Positions 17,260-25,873 of a stretch of DNA of 64,000 bases are shown here, in pieces. This stretch comes from a virus, in the IMG/VR virus record IMGVR_UViG_3300025141_000040, positions 1 to 64,000 of that record. One strand, 5' to 3'. A program made the position numbers and the translations under genes. How positions within the stretch are numbered: the stretch's first letter is position 1; each line of letters opens with the position of its first letter. Below the pieces are notes generated by a model. The model was not told the DNA's origin and searched no databases. It saw only the letters and a program-made list of their open reading frames with translations.

Positions 17260-17667
17260 TCAGACCCGGCGCAGGATCTCCGGCAGGCCCCGATGGAGTC
17301 GGTCGGAGGTCAACGCCTCCTCCGGCGTGATCCAGGCCCACCCGGAGGACTCCCACTGGATCGTGGGAATCCGCACCTGGGGCACGGTCACGATGACGGT
17401 GGTGTAGCAGGACTCCCGGCCGGACCTCTTGGTTCGGCAGCGCCGCATCCGGCCGACGATCTGCCCCTCCCACGCCAGGAGATCGGCTCCGGCCTCCTCG
17501 CGGGCTTCCCGCAGGGCCGCGTCCACGGGTGTCTCGCCCGGATCGACCCGGCCTCCCGGCAGGTTCCACAGTCCAGGGTGCTTGACCCGTTCGGAACGCT
17601 GAAGCAGGAGGACTTGCCTCCCAGGCGCAACGAACAGGACGCCTGCGACCTCGCGGGGCCGCGTCAC
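17260..17667 (-). CDS. Nudix hydrolase
   Basis: Complete Nudix box: GRVDPGE-TPVDAAL-REAREEAGA (Gx5Ex7REUxEExGU). Confidence 0.9.
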   Translation of the reverse strand: MTRPREVAGVLFVAPGRQVLLLQRSERVKHPGLWNLPGGRVDPGETPVDAALREAREEAGADLLAWEGQIVGRMRRCRTKRSGRESCYTTVIVTVPQVRIPTIQWESSGWAWITPEEALTSDRLHRGLPEILRRV

Positions 17668-17709
17668 GCGCTCTTTCTGGTCACCGCGAACCTCGCAGTC
17701 TCAGAGTGC

Positions 17710-18309
17710 TCACGACGCGGGCGGCACGGGTTTCACGGGTGCGGGGCGCTTCGCCTTCCGGCGTCGTCCCATCTTGGGGCGCTGCCCGAGCGCGGCGACC
17801 CCCGAGGCCGGGACGACCCATCCGGGGAGCACGCGGTTCCGCAGGGGGCCGAGAGGGACAAGGATCGTCCAGCCTTCGACGGCGAGGAGCCCGGTACGGT
17901 CGGGGTGCGGGTCGAAGATCAGCCGTCCGTTGCTGTAGACGACCGCGTGGTAGTAGCCGCGCCCCGACTTGCCCGAGGCGATCCAGAACAGCGGCACGCC
18001 GCCCTTGCGGAGCATGACACCGGGCGGGTGCGGCCCGTCCCCGCTGATCGCGGTCAGGCCGAAGTCCTCCGCGAGCCAGTCGAGGATCGCCGGGTCGCGC
18101 AGCGGGAGCGCATCGGTGGCGCAGACCGCATCCTTGCCCTGGCAGCGGTTCCGGGGGTCCGGCACCGTGTCGAGGTCAACGCCGAGAACGGTTGCGTAGG
18201 CCGCTTCCAGGCAGTTGCCCCAGGGGAAGCCCAAGCGGTCCTGCGTCTGCGCTCCCATGAGCAGCAGGCGTTCGGCAAACTCGCGGGTGATGTGGCGCTT
18301 GCGTGGCAC
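17710..18309 (-). CDS. Putative papain-like (C39-like) cysteine peptidase with basic C-tail
   Basis: Candidate triad: GNCLEAA (Cys), GYYHAVVY (His), FDPHPD (Asp). GTG 18309 has no SD but has TAGACT exactly 7 nt upstream. Confidence 0.6.
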   Translation of the reverse strand: MPRKRHITREFAERLLLMGAQTQDRLGFPWGNCLEAAYATVLGVDLDTVPDPRNRCQGKDAVCATDALPLRDPAILDWLAEDFGLTAISGDGPHPPGVMLRKGGVPLFWIASGKSGRGYYHAVVYSNGRLIFDPHPDRTGLLAVEGWTILVPLGPLRNRVLPGWVVPASGVAALGQRPKMGRRRKAKRPAPVKPVPPAS

Positions 18310-18316
18310 GGCGGGA

Positions 18317-18322
18317 AGTCTA
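18317..18322 (-). promoter_or_regulatory. TAGACT -10 box exactly 7 nt before GTG 18309 (candidate leaderless start)
   Basis: Minus-strand read is TAGACT-TCCCGCC-GTG. TTCCGG lies 18 nt further upstream. Confidence 0.4.
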
Positions 18323-18357
18323 CCACCAGGGTCCGCTGCCCCGGAACCGTCTATGTC

Positions 18358-18927
18358 CTACGCATCCCCGACGTAGACGTAGAGGCCGTGCCAAAGCTCC
18401 CCCTCGTCCTGCGCGTCAAGCGCCTCCCCCTGGGCGTGAAGTACCTCGGCCACGCGACCGGAGCAAATGTCGCAGTCGCAGTCGGCGGCGTCCTCCCCGA
18501 AGTCCTCCCCGAAGTCCTCCACGTCGATGAGGTCGCTGTCACCCCGCGCCCACCAGCCGAAGTGGGACAGGTTGCCTCCCAGGCCGGGGAGCAGGCTCCC
18601 CGCCACGTCAGGGTGATTGAGCAGGCTCCGGCCACCGGGCGCGGTGATCAGGTGGTGCAGGAGATCCCCGCGAGGCACGTCCCGTCGCAGGTAGACCGCG
18701 TAGAGGCAGGTGTTGGACGGCATTTCCTCGGCCACCGCGTCGATTAGGTCCAACGTCAGGGCCGCAGCTTCGGTCTGCGACTGGACGGGCTGAAGCTCCG
18801 GCTGCGCGGAAACAACAAAGACACCGCCTTCGCTCACCATGACGACGGCGATCCACAAGCTCTTGGGGGAGGGGGCCGCTACGACACCCACGGGCAAGGT
18901 GCCGTCGTTGCTCTCGGTCGCGCGCAT
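18358..18927 (-). CDS. Hypothetical protein with EDFGEDFGED and DCDCDIC motifs
   Basis: ATG 18927 with GGAGG 6 nt upstream, directly after the stop of the nuclease gene (18930). Confidence 0.7.
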   Translation of the reverse strand: MRATESNDGTLPVGVVAAPSPKSLWIAVVMVSEGGVFVVSAQPELQPVQSQTEAAALTLDLIDAVAEEMPSNTCLYAVYLRRDVPRGDLLHHLITAPGGRSLLNHPDVAGSLLPGLGGNLSHFGWWARGDSDLIDVEDFGEDFGEDAADCDCDICSGRVAEVLHAQGEALDAQDEGELWHGLYVYVGDA

Positions 18928-18929
18928 GG

Positions 18930-19868
18930 TCAACCTCCGAACCGACACTCCTGGGCGAAGTCACAGGACTTGCACCAGTAGCCGGACTTGGGGGTCCAGT
19001 CACGCGCGGACTGCGCGGCCCGGTCCCACAGATTGATCATGCCCGCTGTCATCCAGATCGTGCGAGGGAAGTCTTCGACCATGTGAGGCGCAGCGGCCGG
19101 ACGCTCGCGCTTGAACAGCAGCTTGTCCTTGGTCTGGAAGAAATTGAGGATCACGCCTTGAAACTCGTCGGGCCAGAAGTGCCGCCCGATGTGTTCCATG
19201 CCGTGCATCTGCCCCGTCATGCCGTAGTTGAGGTTGGTGGACCTCCACCACTTCTGCGTCGTCTTGTGGTCGGGAATCCAGACGCCCCGGTGGTCGCGGA
19301 TCACAAGGTCCAGGCGGGACGTGAACAGGGCCGACCCTGGCGTAGCGGCGTCCACGACTCGCGGCACCCCGGCTGCGTCGGGGAGGACGCCGATGCGAAA
19401 CTCCTGCTCGACCGCGAGCGGCTTCCACGTTTCGTTGGCGTGCTCGGCCGTGTAGACCCGGAACCGCTGGTACACGTCAGCGGCCCACTCCAACATATCC
19501 GGCCGGGTGAGGCCGGACTCATGGGCGATCTTCGACACGTCCGCCTGCGTCAGATCCCGAGGGTTCTTGTTGTGGCCGGGGTCCAGCTTCCACAGGTACA
19601 GGAGCGCGAGGAGCGCGTGCGCGAACGTCCCCACGGCGGGGACGTTGTTACCGGGGGGCCGGGGGGCCGGAGTGTCCGCGTAGTGCAGCCGGTTCTCGTA
19701 GGCAAACTTCCGGGGGCACTCCAAGAAGCACCCGTAGTAGGACCACCCGCGCGTGGAGCGCGTGGACTGCCCGGTGGTTCCCGCCTGCCCCGGCTTCCCG
19801 ATCTGGACGACCGGGGGAGGCGGCAGCGTGGGCGCAGCCAGGGCGAAGTCGAAGGTCAAGTCGGCCAC
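18930..19868 (-). CDS. PD-(D/E)xK nuclease, Cas4/RecB-like, with 4-Cys (Fe-S type) cluster
   Basis: N-terminal CPRKFAY. RLDLVIRD...IPDHKT forms the D...D-x-K motif. C-terminal CKSCDFAQEC. Confidence 0.8.
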   Translation of the reverse strand: MADLTFDFALAAPTLPPPPVVQIGKPGQAGTTGQSTRSTRGWSYYGCFLECPRKFAYENRLHYADTPAPRPPGNNVPAVGTFAHALLALLYLWKLDPGHNKNPRDLTQADVSKIAHESGLTRPDMLEWAADVYQRFRVYTAEHANETWKPLAVEQEFRIGVLPDAAGVPRVVDAATPGSALFTSRLDLVIRDHRGVWIPDHKTTQKWWRSTNLNYGMTGQMHGMEHIGRHFWPDEFQGVILNFFQTKDKLLFKRERPAAAPHMVEDFPRTIWMTAGMINLWDRAAQSARDWTPKSGYWCKSCDFAQECRFGG

Positions 19869-19877
19869 GGTGCTCCT

Positions 19878-20465
19878 TCAGCGGGGGGCTACGGCTTGTT
19901 GCCGCAGCGCGATGGTCAACTTGGCGACCCGTACCGCGTTCGCCTCCGACCGCAAGACGACTTCCGGGGGAGCCGCCACGTCGTATCCGAGGTCAGCCGC
20001 CCAGGTGAGTGACGCAGGCAGCGAACAGTACCTCGCCGCCTTGCCACTCCGCAAGACCTTCACCCACGGCGCGGCCTCCACCATCACACAGTCCCCCCAG
20101 GCGGACAGGTTCCAGGGGGCGGAAGCGAGGACGCCGCTCAGAAACTTGACCCCGAAGCCGCGCAGCGGGCGACCGCCGAGGGCCTGCTGAAGCTGTGCTG
20201 CCACGGCACCCTCGCGGGGGTTCTCCGGCCGGTAGATCGACTCGCGGCTCAGTCCGTTCGCGCGGAACGCGCCGTAACACCGCGCGTCGTTGACGATCTC
20301 CGGGGGCTGGTAGACCAGCGAGCCCGTGTGGAACACCACCGCATCGTCCACCACGAACGCGACTCCGAAGCCGATGACCTTGGGCTCCCATCCGGGGATC
20401 TTCCCCGGCAGGCCCGTGGTGTCCACGGCGATGAACGCCCCGGAGGGCACACCGAAGGCGCTCAC
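19878..20465 (-). CDS. DEDD (DnaQ)-exonuclease-like protein with degenerate catalytic motifs
   Basis: FIAVDTTGLPG resembles Exo I (DxETTG) but lacks the Glu. GFGVKFLSGVL sits where HNxxFDxxFL is expected. GTG start with GGAAGGG upstream. Confidence 0.45.
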   Translation of the reverse strand: MSAFGVPSGAFIAVDTTGLPGKIPGWEPKVIGFGVAFVVDDAVVFHTGSLVYQPPEIVNDARCYGAFRANGLSRESIYRPENPREGAVAAQLQQALGGRPLRGFGVKFLSGVLASAPWNLSAWGDCVMVEAAPWVKVLRSGKAARYCSLPASLTWAADLGYDVAAPPEVVLRSEANAVRVAKLTIALRQQAVAPR

Positions 20466-20469
20466 CGAG

Positions 20470-20745
20470 TCAGCCCTTCCGCTGCGCGCGGGTCTTCTGG
20501 ATCAGGCGGTGGACCCACTGAAGCTCCGGGGCCGTCGCAACGACGTGCGCCAACTGCGCGCCCGCCTTTTTGAACGACTCGGCCTGCACGGCGAGGAGGT
20601 CCACGATTCGCAGGCGCGCGTGGTCCTTGGGGGCAAGGTCCACCTGGGCTGCGGAGTAGATCCCCGCGCGTGTGACGGTGGGCGGGTCTTGCGTCACGTC
20701 GATGAAGATCAGGACGTGCGCCTCGGCGGGCGGTTGGGCGGGCAT
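20470..20745 (-). CDS. Hypothetical protein (91 aa)
   Basis: ATG 20745 with GAGGAG 7 nt upstream. Tight spacing to both neighbours. Confidence 0.65.
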   Translation of the reverse strand: MPAQPPAEAHVLIFIDVTQDPPTVTRAGIYSAAQVDLAPKDHARLRIVDLLAVQAESFKKAGAQLAHVVATAPELQWVHRLIQKTRAQRKG

Positions 20746-20755
20746 GGCGGGCTCC

Positions 20756-21187
20756 TCAGTGCAGCAAGGCGGGCGCGGCCCACCCCGGCAGGGTTCGGTG
20801 TTCTACGGGTCGCCCCTCGGCGTCCGCTCGCTCAATGCCGTACTGCATCCCCTTGGAGATCCCCAAGTCGGTGTAGACGACGGTTCGATCAGCGGCACGG
20901 CCCCAGGCAAGCCCCGCCTCGATCCCGCGAGCCCGCTCCACGGGAACGTCGTCGCGGAGGACACCGGGCTGCGTGTAGAGCCCGTGGCTGGCGAACGGGG
21001 CTTCTCCCCGTGCGAGGCAGTCGGCCATTGCAGCGCGGAGGTAGCGCAGGTGCTCCATCAGGCGCGCATGGTCCCACCGGGCCTTGTCCGTACCCTCGGG
21101 GCACGGCCCCGGCGCGTAGGGGGACTCCACGATCACGCGGGGCATCCGGGTGCCTCGGGCCAGCCTGCGGAGGATGCGACGGATCAT
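20756..21187 (-). CDS. Nucleoside 2-deoxyribosyltransferase-like (DUF4406-like) protein
   Basis: PRVIVESPYAPG ... DLGISKGMQYGIERADAEGRPV matches the Rossmann-like DUF4406 pattern (xSxGxxxExxxAxxxGxPV). GC3 is 18/20 in a sampled 60-nt stretch (20821-20880) of this frame and falls to about 62% upstream of 21187. ATGA coupling at 21184-21187. Confidence 0.55.
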   Translation of the reverse strand: MIRRILRRLARGTRMPRVIVESPYAPGPCPEGTDKARWDHARLMEHLRYLRAAMADCLARGEAPFASHGLYTQPGVLRDDVPVERARGIEAGLAWGRAADRTVVYTDLGISKGMQYGIERADAEGRPVEHRTLPGWAAPALLH

Positions 21188-21276
21188 CGCTTCGTTCCCT
21201 TCGTCCCCGGTGCGGCCTGCTGCAAGCCGGTGGGCTTCGTTCGGCGCTTCACGCCCTCGGCAATCGCGGCCCGCAT
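21184..21276 (-). CDS. Basic 30-aa micro-ORF (MRAAIAEGVKRRTKPTGLQQAAPGTKGTKR)
   Basis: Hand GC3 count is about 89% in this frame versus about 62% in the other two. GAAGGGGGA lies 4-5 nt upstream of ATG 21276. Its TGA overlaps the next ATG. Too short for the ORF track. Confidence 0.3.
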   Translation of the reverse strand: MRAAIAEGVKRRTKPTGLQQAAPGTKGTKR

Positions 21277-21302
21277 GGGCTCCCCCTTCGTAGTGGCCTC
21301 CT

Positions 21303-21719
21303 TTACCCGGCATCGTCCTGACTCGGTTCGTCGTTCGCGCTCGCGGCGTCCTCTGCGGCCAGGGCCTCGCCCGCTTCGTGGTCCTCTCCGAGCAGCATGG
21401 CGAACGCCGGGTGCGCCTGTACGGCTTCCATGCCCGTACCGAGCAGGGTGGACAACTCCGCGTCGGCCAGCCGCCGCTTGAATACCAAGCCCTCGGTCCT
21501 GCCCTCGGGGTTGGCCTCGCGCAACTGCTTCGCGTGCGTGGCGACCTCTGCGACGGCCTGCCGCAGCGTGATCCGCTTCTGGTAGGGGCGCACGTCAAGC
21601 GCATTCCCCGACAGCCGGAGGACGACGAGCCAGTACGTCTTTTCCAAGTCGATGTTGGGGGCGGGACGGCGGGAGCACGCGGAGCGCGTGCGGGAGTGGT
21701 TCGGGGGGCGGCGGGTCAT
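21303..21719 (-). CDS. Hypothetical protein (138 aa), acidic C-tail
   Basis: ATGA overlap with the Dam stop (21716-21719). Coding-like composition. Confidence 0.7.
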   Translation of the reverse strand: MTRRPPNHSRTRSACSRRPAPNIDLEKTYWLVVLRLSGNALDVRPYQKRITLRQAVAEVATHAKQLREANPEGRTEGLVFKRRLADAELSTLLGTGMEAVQAHPAFAMLLGEDHEAGEALAAEDAASANDEPSQDDAG

Positions 21720-22702
21720 GTTGCGTACTCCGGGGCTTCCTTGACGGTGTAGTGGATGGTGCGGGCCGGGAAGCCTACGGCGAGCAGCGTCGGCACGGGG
21801 CCGCGCCTCTTGCCGTTCGCGTTGACGGAACGGCGTTCGGAGCCGCGCAGGATGATCAGCCCCGCGTGCGCGTAGGCCGCAACGGTGTCCACGTCGGCCT
21901 CGTTGGCGAGGATGACCAGGGCTCCGGCGTCCCGTGCCTGCGTGGTGCGGTCGAGCAGCATCCGGTGATCGTCCGGCCCGAAGCCCCCAGGCGTGTAACC
22001 CACGAACCCCTTGACGGTGCGGACCTCACCGGGGGCAACCTCGGACGTGTCCGGCCCGATGGGGGTGTAGGGCGGGTCTGCGAACAGCACGTCCGCCGAT
22101 GACACCAGGGGCAAGACCTCGCGGAAGTCCGCGCAGCGGATCTCGACACCTTGAAGCGCGGCGGACACGGCCCGGATGACTCCCGGCTGGAACCCGGCGA
22201 CCCGCTTGGCCTTCCCCACCGGCTTTTTGACGCCGCCCCAGGGCACGTTGAACGTCCCGTCCGCGTTGACGCGGTACAGCCCGTTGAACCCCAGGCGATT
22301 GAGCAGGAGCGTGCGCGCGGGCAGGAGCGCCGCGTGGTCCGGCGTCAGGGTGGCGAAGTCGTCGCGGAGCAGCCCGTAGGCCCGTTTCTGCTCGGCCTTC
22401 GACTGCGCGACGTACTTCGTCAGGTAGTCCGCGACCACGCTGATCAACTCCTCGGGGTCGTCACGCACCATCGTCCAGAGAGCGATCAACTCGGCGTTGG
22501 TGTCGGACAGGACGGCCCGCCCCTTGAACCCGCGTTCGCGCAGGGCAAGGAACAGGGAGCCGCCGCCCAGGAACGGCTCGTAGTAGACGGTGCTCGACGG
22601 CCAGTGCGCGGGGTCCGACAAGCAGGCCATGATCTCCGTGATCTTCTCGGTCTTGCCGCCGACCCACTTCACGAACGGCCGGAGCTTCGGGGACTTCGGC
22701 AC
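21716..22702 (-). CDS. dam: Dam-type (D12 class) N6-adenine DNA methyltransferase
   Basis: Motifs FVKWVGGK, EPFLGGGS and FADPPY. Start is GTG 22702, 2 nt after the upstream stop. The 49-codon track extension is Arg/Gly junk. Confidence 0.9.
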   Translation of the reverse strand: MPKSPKLRPFVKWVGGKTEKITEIMACLSDPAHWPSSTVYYEPFLGGGSLFLALRERGFKGRAVLSDTNAELIALWTMVRDDPEELISVVADYLTKYVAQSKAEQKRAYGLLRDDFATLTPDHAALLPARTLLLNRLGFNGLYRVNADGTFNVPWGGVKKPVGKAKRVAGFQPGVIRAVSAALQGVEIRCADFREVLPLVSSADVLFADPPYTPIGPDTSEVAPGEVRTVKGFVGYTPGGFGPDDHRMLLDRTTQARDAGALVILANEADVDTVAAYAHAGLIILRGSERRSVNANGKRRGPVPTLLAVGFPARTIHYTVKEAPEYAT

Positions 22703-22704
22703 GG

Positions 22705-22992
22705 TCAGCCCGCCTCTACTGTTTCCGGGTTGAAGGCGGGGGCCTTGTCTCCTGCGTCTGCGAACACGAACCCGGCCATTGCAATCGAGAGGATGCCGAC
22801 CACCTTGCCTGCCTCCATATCCTCCGCGAGATCCATGACGGGCACCCACACCGGATCACCCAGGCCGTTGACAATCTGGCGTTCGATGATGTGGCAGATT
22901 CCCGTTTCGGGGTCGATGATCTCGTCGGCTACCACCACGCGGTAGCGGGCTCCGGGCTCCCACTCGACCGCTCCGAGCACCTTCGTTTCCAT
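22705..22992 (-). CDS. Hypothetical protein (95 aa)
   Basis: ATG 22992 with GGAG 6 nt upstream. Coding-like composition. Confidence 0.65.
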   Translation of the reverse strand: METKVLGAVEWEPGARYRVVVADEIIDPETGICHIIERQIVNGLGDPVWVPVMDLAEDMEAGKVVGILSIAMAGFVFADAGDKAPAFNPETVEAG

Positions 22993-23005
22993 CGAGACTC
23001 CAAGG

Positions 23006-23076
23006 GCGACCGGGGCGGTTCAAGCCCCCACGCGCTCTTGCGGTAGAGCGTGTGGGGCCGTAGGTGCCCCGGTCGC
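23006..23076 (-). terminator. Nested double hairpin downstream of nrdJ
   Basis: Outer stem is GCGACCGGGG / CCCCGGTCGC (23006-23015 / 23067-23076). Inner 13-bp stem is 23026-23038 / 23045-23057, with one G-T pair. Confidence 0.35.
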
Positions 23077-23136
23077 CGTCAAGACGGTACTACGAGCTTG
23101 CTGATTCCACAAGTCGCAAGCGCCTCGCGGGCGCGA

Positions 23137-25479
23137 TCACGCGCGGGCGTCTGCCCTGGACAACGCGATGCCCTCCTCCTGGCCGACCGGAACGATCTCG
23201 CACTCGCCTCCGGGGCAGTCGGCGGTGAGCACCTGCATCGGCTTCGACTTGTCGCGGTAGACCGTCGTACCAGGGACGCCCAACTCCCAGGCCAGCCGGT
23301 AGGCCCCGGCCACGTCCTCGACGGTCGCGCTGTTCGGGAGGTTCACGGTCTTGCTCACGCTCATGCAGCAGAACGCCGCGAGCGCCGCCTGCATCTGGAC
23401 GTGCTCCTCGGGCGGAACATCGGCGGCGGTGACGTGCCAGGACTCCCACGCGGCGCGGTTGAAGGGGAACAGGTCGTGCAGCACCTTGACCGTGCCGCTG
23501 TTGTCCTTGCGGGTGTGCCCCGCCGCGAACGCCGGTTCGGGGCCGGAGGTCACCGCGATCTCGGGGACGTGCCCGTTGGTCAGGGCGCGGCTCATAGTCC
23601 AGCCCGCCACCTGCGCGATGGTCCCCGTGGGGGCGATGCTGGTGACGCAGGTGTTCGTGGCGTACTCGCATCGGCCCGCCCGCGCCGCAAGGATCTGCCA
23701 CCGCTTCTGGTGCGCCTCGGGAAGCTCGTACTCGACGGCGTTCGTGGCGCGGGCCGTGAAGATCCACACCATGCGTTCGCGGTTCCAGGCGGCGGGCTTC
23801 TTTCGCCCCTCGCACATTGCCTGCCGGAACGACGTTTCCCATGCGGTCAGCGCGATCTCGGATTCCAGCAGGGCCGCGAATCGCACGGCCTCCTCGGAGC
23901 CGTAGCGAAGCTCGGAGAGGATGCACGCCTCCGCGAGCCCCATCATCCCGACGCCGATGGTCCGGTAGACCTCATGCGAGTGGTAGTCGATGGACGCCAC
24001 CGGGGCGACGTTGTGCTCCAAGGCGTCGTTCATGTACCGCGTCAGGCGTGCGGCCTGCTTGCCAACGACGTGCAGGATCTCAGCCTCCCCCGTTCCGGTG
24101 GACCCCCACCCCCGCTGCGCCTGCTCGACGCACCAGCGCAGGTTGATCGACGCGAGGTTGCAGGAGCCGTCCTTCGTGTTGACGTACTCGCTGCACGGGT
24201 TGGCGTAGCGGAAGCCGTAGACCGTGCTGTCCACCGGGGAGTACCGCTCATAGGTGTCGGGGAACACGATGCCGGGGTCGGCGTGGTTGTGCGCCGCCTT
24301 GTAGATCAGGCCCATCAGGTCGCGGGCCATGATCGGGCCGCTGTACTTGGCGAGCCAGGGCACCAGCACGTTCCGGTGGAACGCCGCGTACTCCTGATCC
24401 TTCCAGTTGTTCGGGTTCGGCTGGAGGTTCGCCTTCACAGCTTCCCAGGTCGTCAGGATGACGCCGTAGCGGCGCAGCGTCCCGGTCGTGTTCGGGAGCA
24501 CCTGCACGTTGCCGTCGTCGGTGTAGAGGACCGTCGTGGGGTCCACGTCCTCGCCGTCAAGGATCGTGTTCGGGGCCTCGCCCTCCTTCGGGGCTTCGTC
24601 GGAGAACCACGAGAGCACCCAGGGCAGATCCCGCTCGGCCGCGCGCATGAGGGCGTCGGGGACGCGGACGCTCATGTTGCAATTCTGGAGGGGCACGCGG
24701 TACTGCGCGCGAGCGTCGATGTGGACAGCCTCCTGCACGAAGAAGTAAAGCGCGCGAATCTCAGCACGGCTCCCCGCGTCCTCCTGATCAGTCACGCGAT
24801 GCAATCTGCGGAAGGCTTCACGGAGGGCGTCCCCGTCCGCGAGGCGCACGGGCACCTTCGCCAGCACAAACTCGATCACGTCGGGGTGGGACGCGGACAA
24901 CTGGCCCATCATCGCGCCGCGTTCGCGCCCACCGTTGGTGATGTAGCCCGTCCGGCTTTCCAGGCGACGGAGGGGACCACCGTGTCCCATGACGCCGACA
25001 CACGCGGAGATCGACCGGCGCACGCGGCACCCTCGGGGCCGGATGCCGTCGAACAGGAACCCCGCGCCCCCGGAGGAGACAAAGATCGTCGTGGCGTCGT
25101 GGTCGGCCTTCTCAAAGGCCGCGAGCGAGTCCTCGATTGCCACCGTGTAGCAGGACGATCCGGCGCGCGGGTACGGGCGCGTGCTTCCGTAATTCCACTG
25201 TTGAGGGCTCGACGGCAGGGCCGCTCCGCTGGTCATCATGCGGTAGTAGGTGTCGGCGCGGCGGTCGTACTCCCGGTCGGCGTAGCCGGGGAGCGACGGC
25301 TCGATCCCTTCGTCGGTGGCAACCCCGGCTGCGGCGACGGCGTGGGCGACCTTGTTCCAGCGATCCTCCCAGGTCAACTCCTCGGGGGTGTCCCGGTAGC
25401 GGTTGGCGAACAGGTCGGCTTCGTACTCGCTTGTGAAGTAGGCGAGCGTGTCGGGGACAGCGGCAATGTCGAGGGGCAT
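23137..25479 (-). CDS. nrdJ: Ribonucleotide reductase, class II (adenosylcobalamin-dependent)
   Basis: Motifs NPCSEY...GSCNLASINL, SIAPTGTIAQVAG and TVNLPNSATVEDV...VYRD. ATG 25479 with AAGGAA 8 nt upstream. Confidence 0.9.
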   Translation of the reverse strand: MPLDIAAVPDTLAYFTSEYEADLFANRYRDTPEELTWEDRWNKVAHAVAAAGVATDEGIEPSLPGYADREYDRRADTYYRMMTSGAALPSSPQQWNYGSTRPYPRAGSSCYTVAIEDSLAAFEKADHDATTIFVSSGGAGFLFDGIRPRGCRVRRSISACVGVMGHGGPLRRLESRTGYITNGGRERGAMMGQLSASHPDVIEFVLAKVPVRLADGDALREAFRRLHRVTDQEDAGSRAEIRALYFFVQEAVHIDARAQYRVPLQNCNMSVRVPDALMRAAERDLPWVLSWFSDEAPKEGEAPNTILDGEDVDPTTVLYTDDGNVQVLPNTTGTLRRYGVILTTWEAVKANLQPNPNNWKDQEYAAFHRNVLVPWLAKYSGPIMARDLMGLIYKAAHNHADPGIVFPDTYERYSPVDSTVYGFRYANPCSEYVNTKDGSCNLASINLRWCVEQAQRGWGSTGTGEAEILHVVGKQAARLTRYMNDALEHNVAPVASIDYHSHEVYRTIGVGMMGLAEACILSELRYGSEEAVRFAALLESEIALTAWETSFRQAMCEGRKKPAAWNRERMVWIFTARATNAVEYELPEAHQKRWQILAARAGRCEYATNTCVTSIAPTGTIAQVAGWTMSRALTNGHVPEIAVTSGPEPAFAAGHTRKDNSGTVKVLHDLFPFNRAAWESWHVTAADVPPEEHVQMQAALAAFCCMSVSKTVNLPNSATVEDVAGAYRLAWELGVPGTTVYRDKSKPMQVLTADCPGGECEIVPVGQEEGIALSRADARA

Positions 25480-25534
25480 TTGGGGGGTTCCTTGGTGTAG
25501 CAATTCAGCCAGCAGGCGGGGTCAGAGGATAGCG

Positions 25535-25564
25535 GGGACCGGCCCCCAGGTGGAGGCCGATCCC
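25535..25564 (-). terminator. Hairpin (9 of 10 bp paired) between gene 25595..25873 and nrdJ
   Basis: GGGACCGGCC-N10-GGCCGATCCC. No U-tract. Confidence 0.25.
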
Positions 25565-25594
25565 AGGGTTGGAAACGATGGACGGCGGCGCGGA

Positions 25595-25873
25595 CTACCC
25601 GGAAGACTCGGAGGGATCGGGGAGAGCGGCTGCGAGAGCATCGAAGCCGTGCTCAATGACTGACGTGACCGCCCCGATGTGCTCGGGAAGATCCATGTAC
25701 AACTTCTCTCCGATGCCGGGGGTGGACGAATCTCCGAAGCCGAGATCGGCGTGGGCGCGGGCGAGTGCGGCATGTGCCGTGGCGACGTTGTTGAGAGCGT
25801 CCGCCAAGCAGAAGATCCCACGGGCGAGGTTGTCCTGGGGGTCGCCGTTGGGGACGTACTCGGGCGTGCTCAT
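25595..25873 (-). CDS. Hypothetical protein (92 aa)
   Basis: GGAGG 6 nt upstream. TGATG overlap with the upstream gene. Confidence 0.65.
   Translation of the reverse strand: MSTPEYVPNGDPQDNLARGIFCLADALNNVATAHAALARAHADLGFGDSSTPGIGEKLYMDLPEHIGAVTSVIEHGFDALAAALPDPSESSG

Noticed and set aside
23137-25479. An intein or group I intron inside nrdJ, as is often seen in phage RNR genes.
   Set aside because: The ORF is uninterrupted. At 780 aa its length is normal for a class II enzyme. The conserved motifs are contiguous, with no Cys/Ser...HN splice-junction signature.
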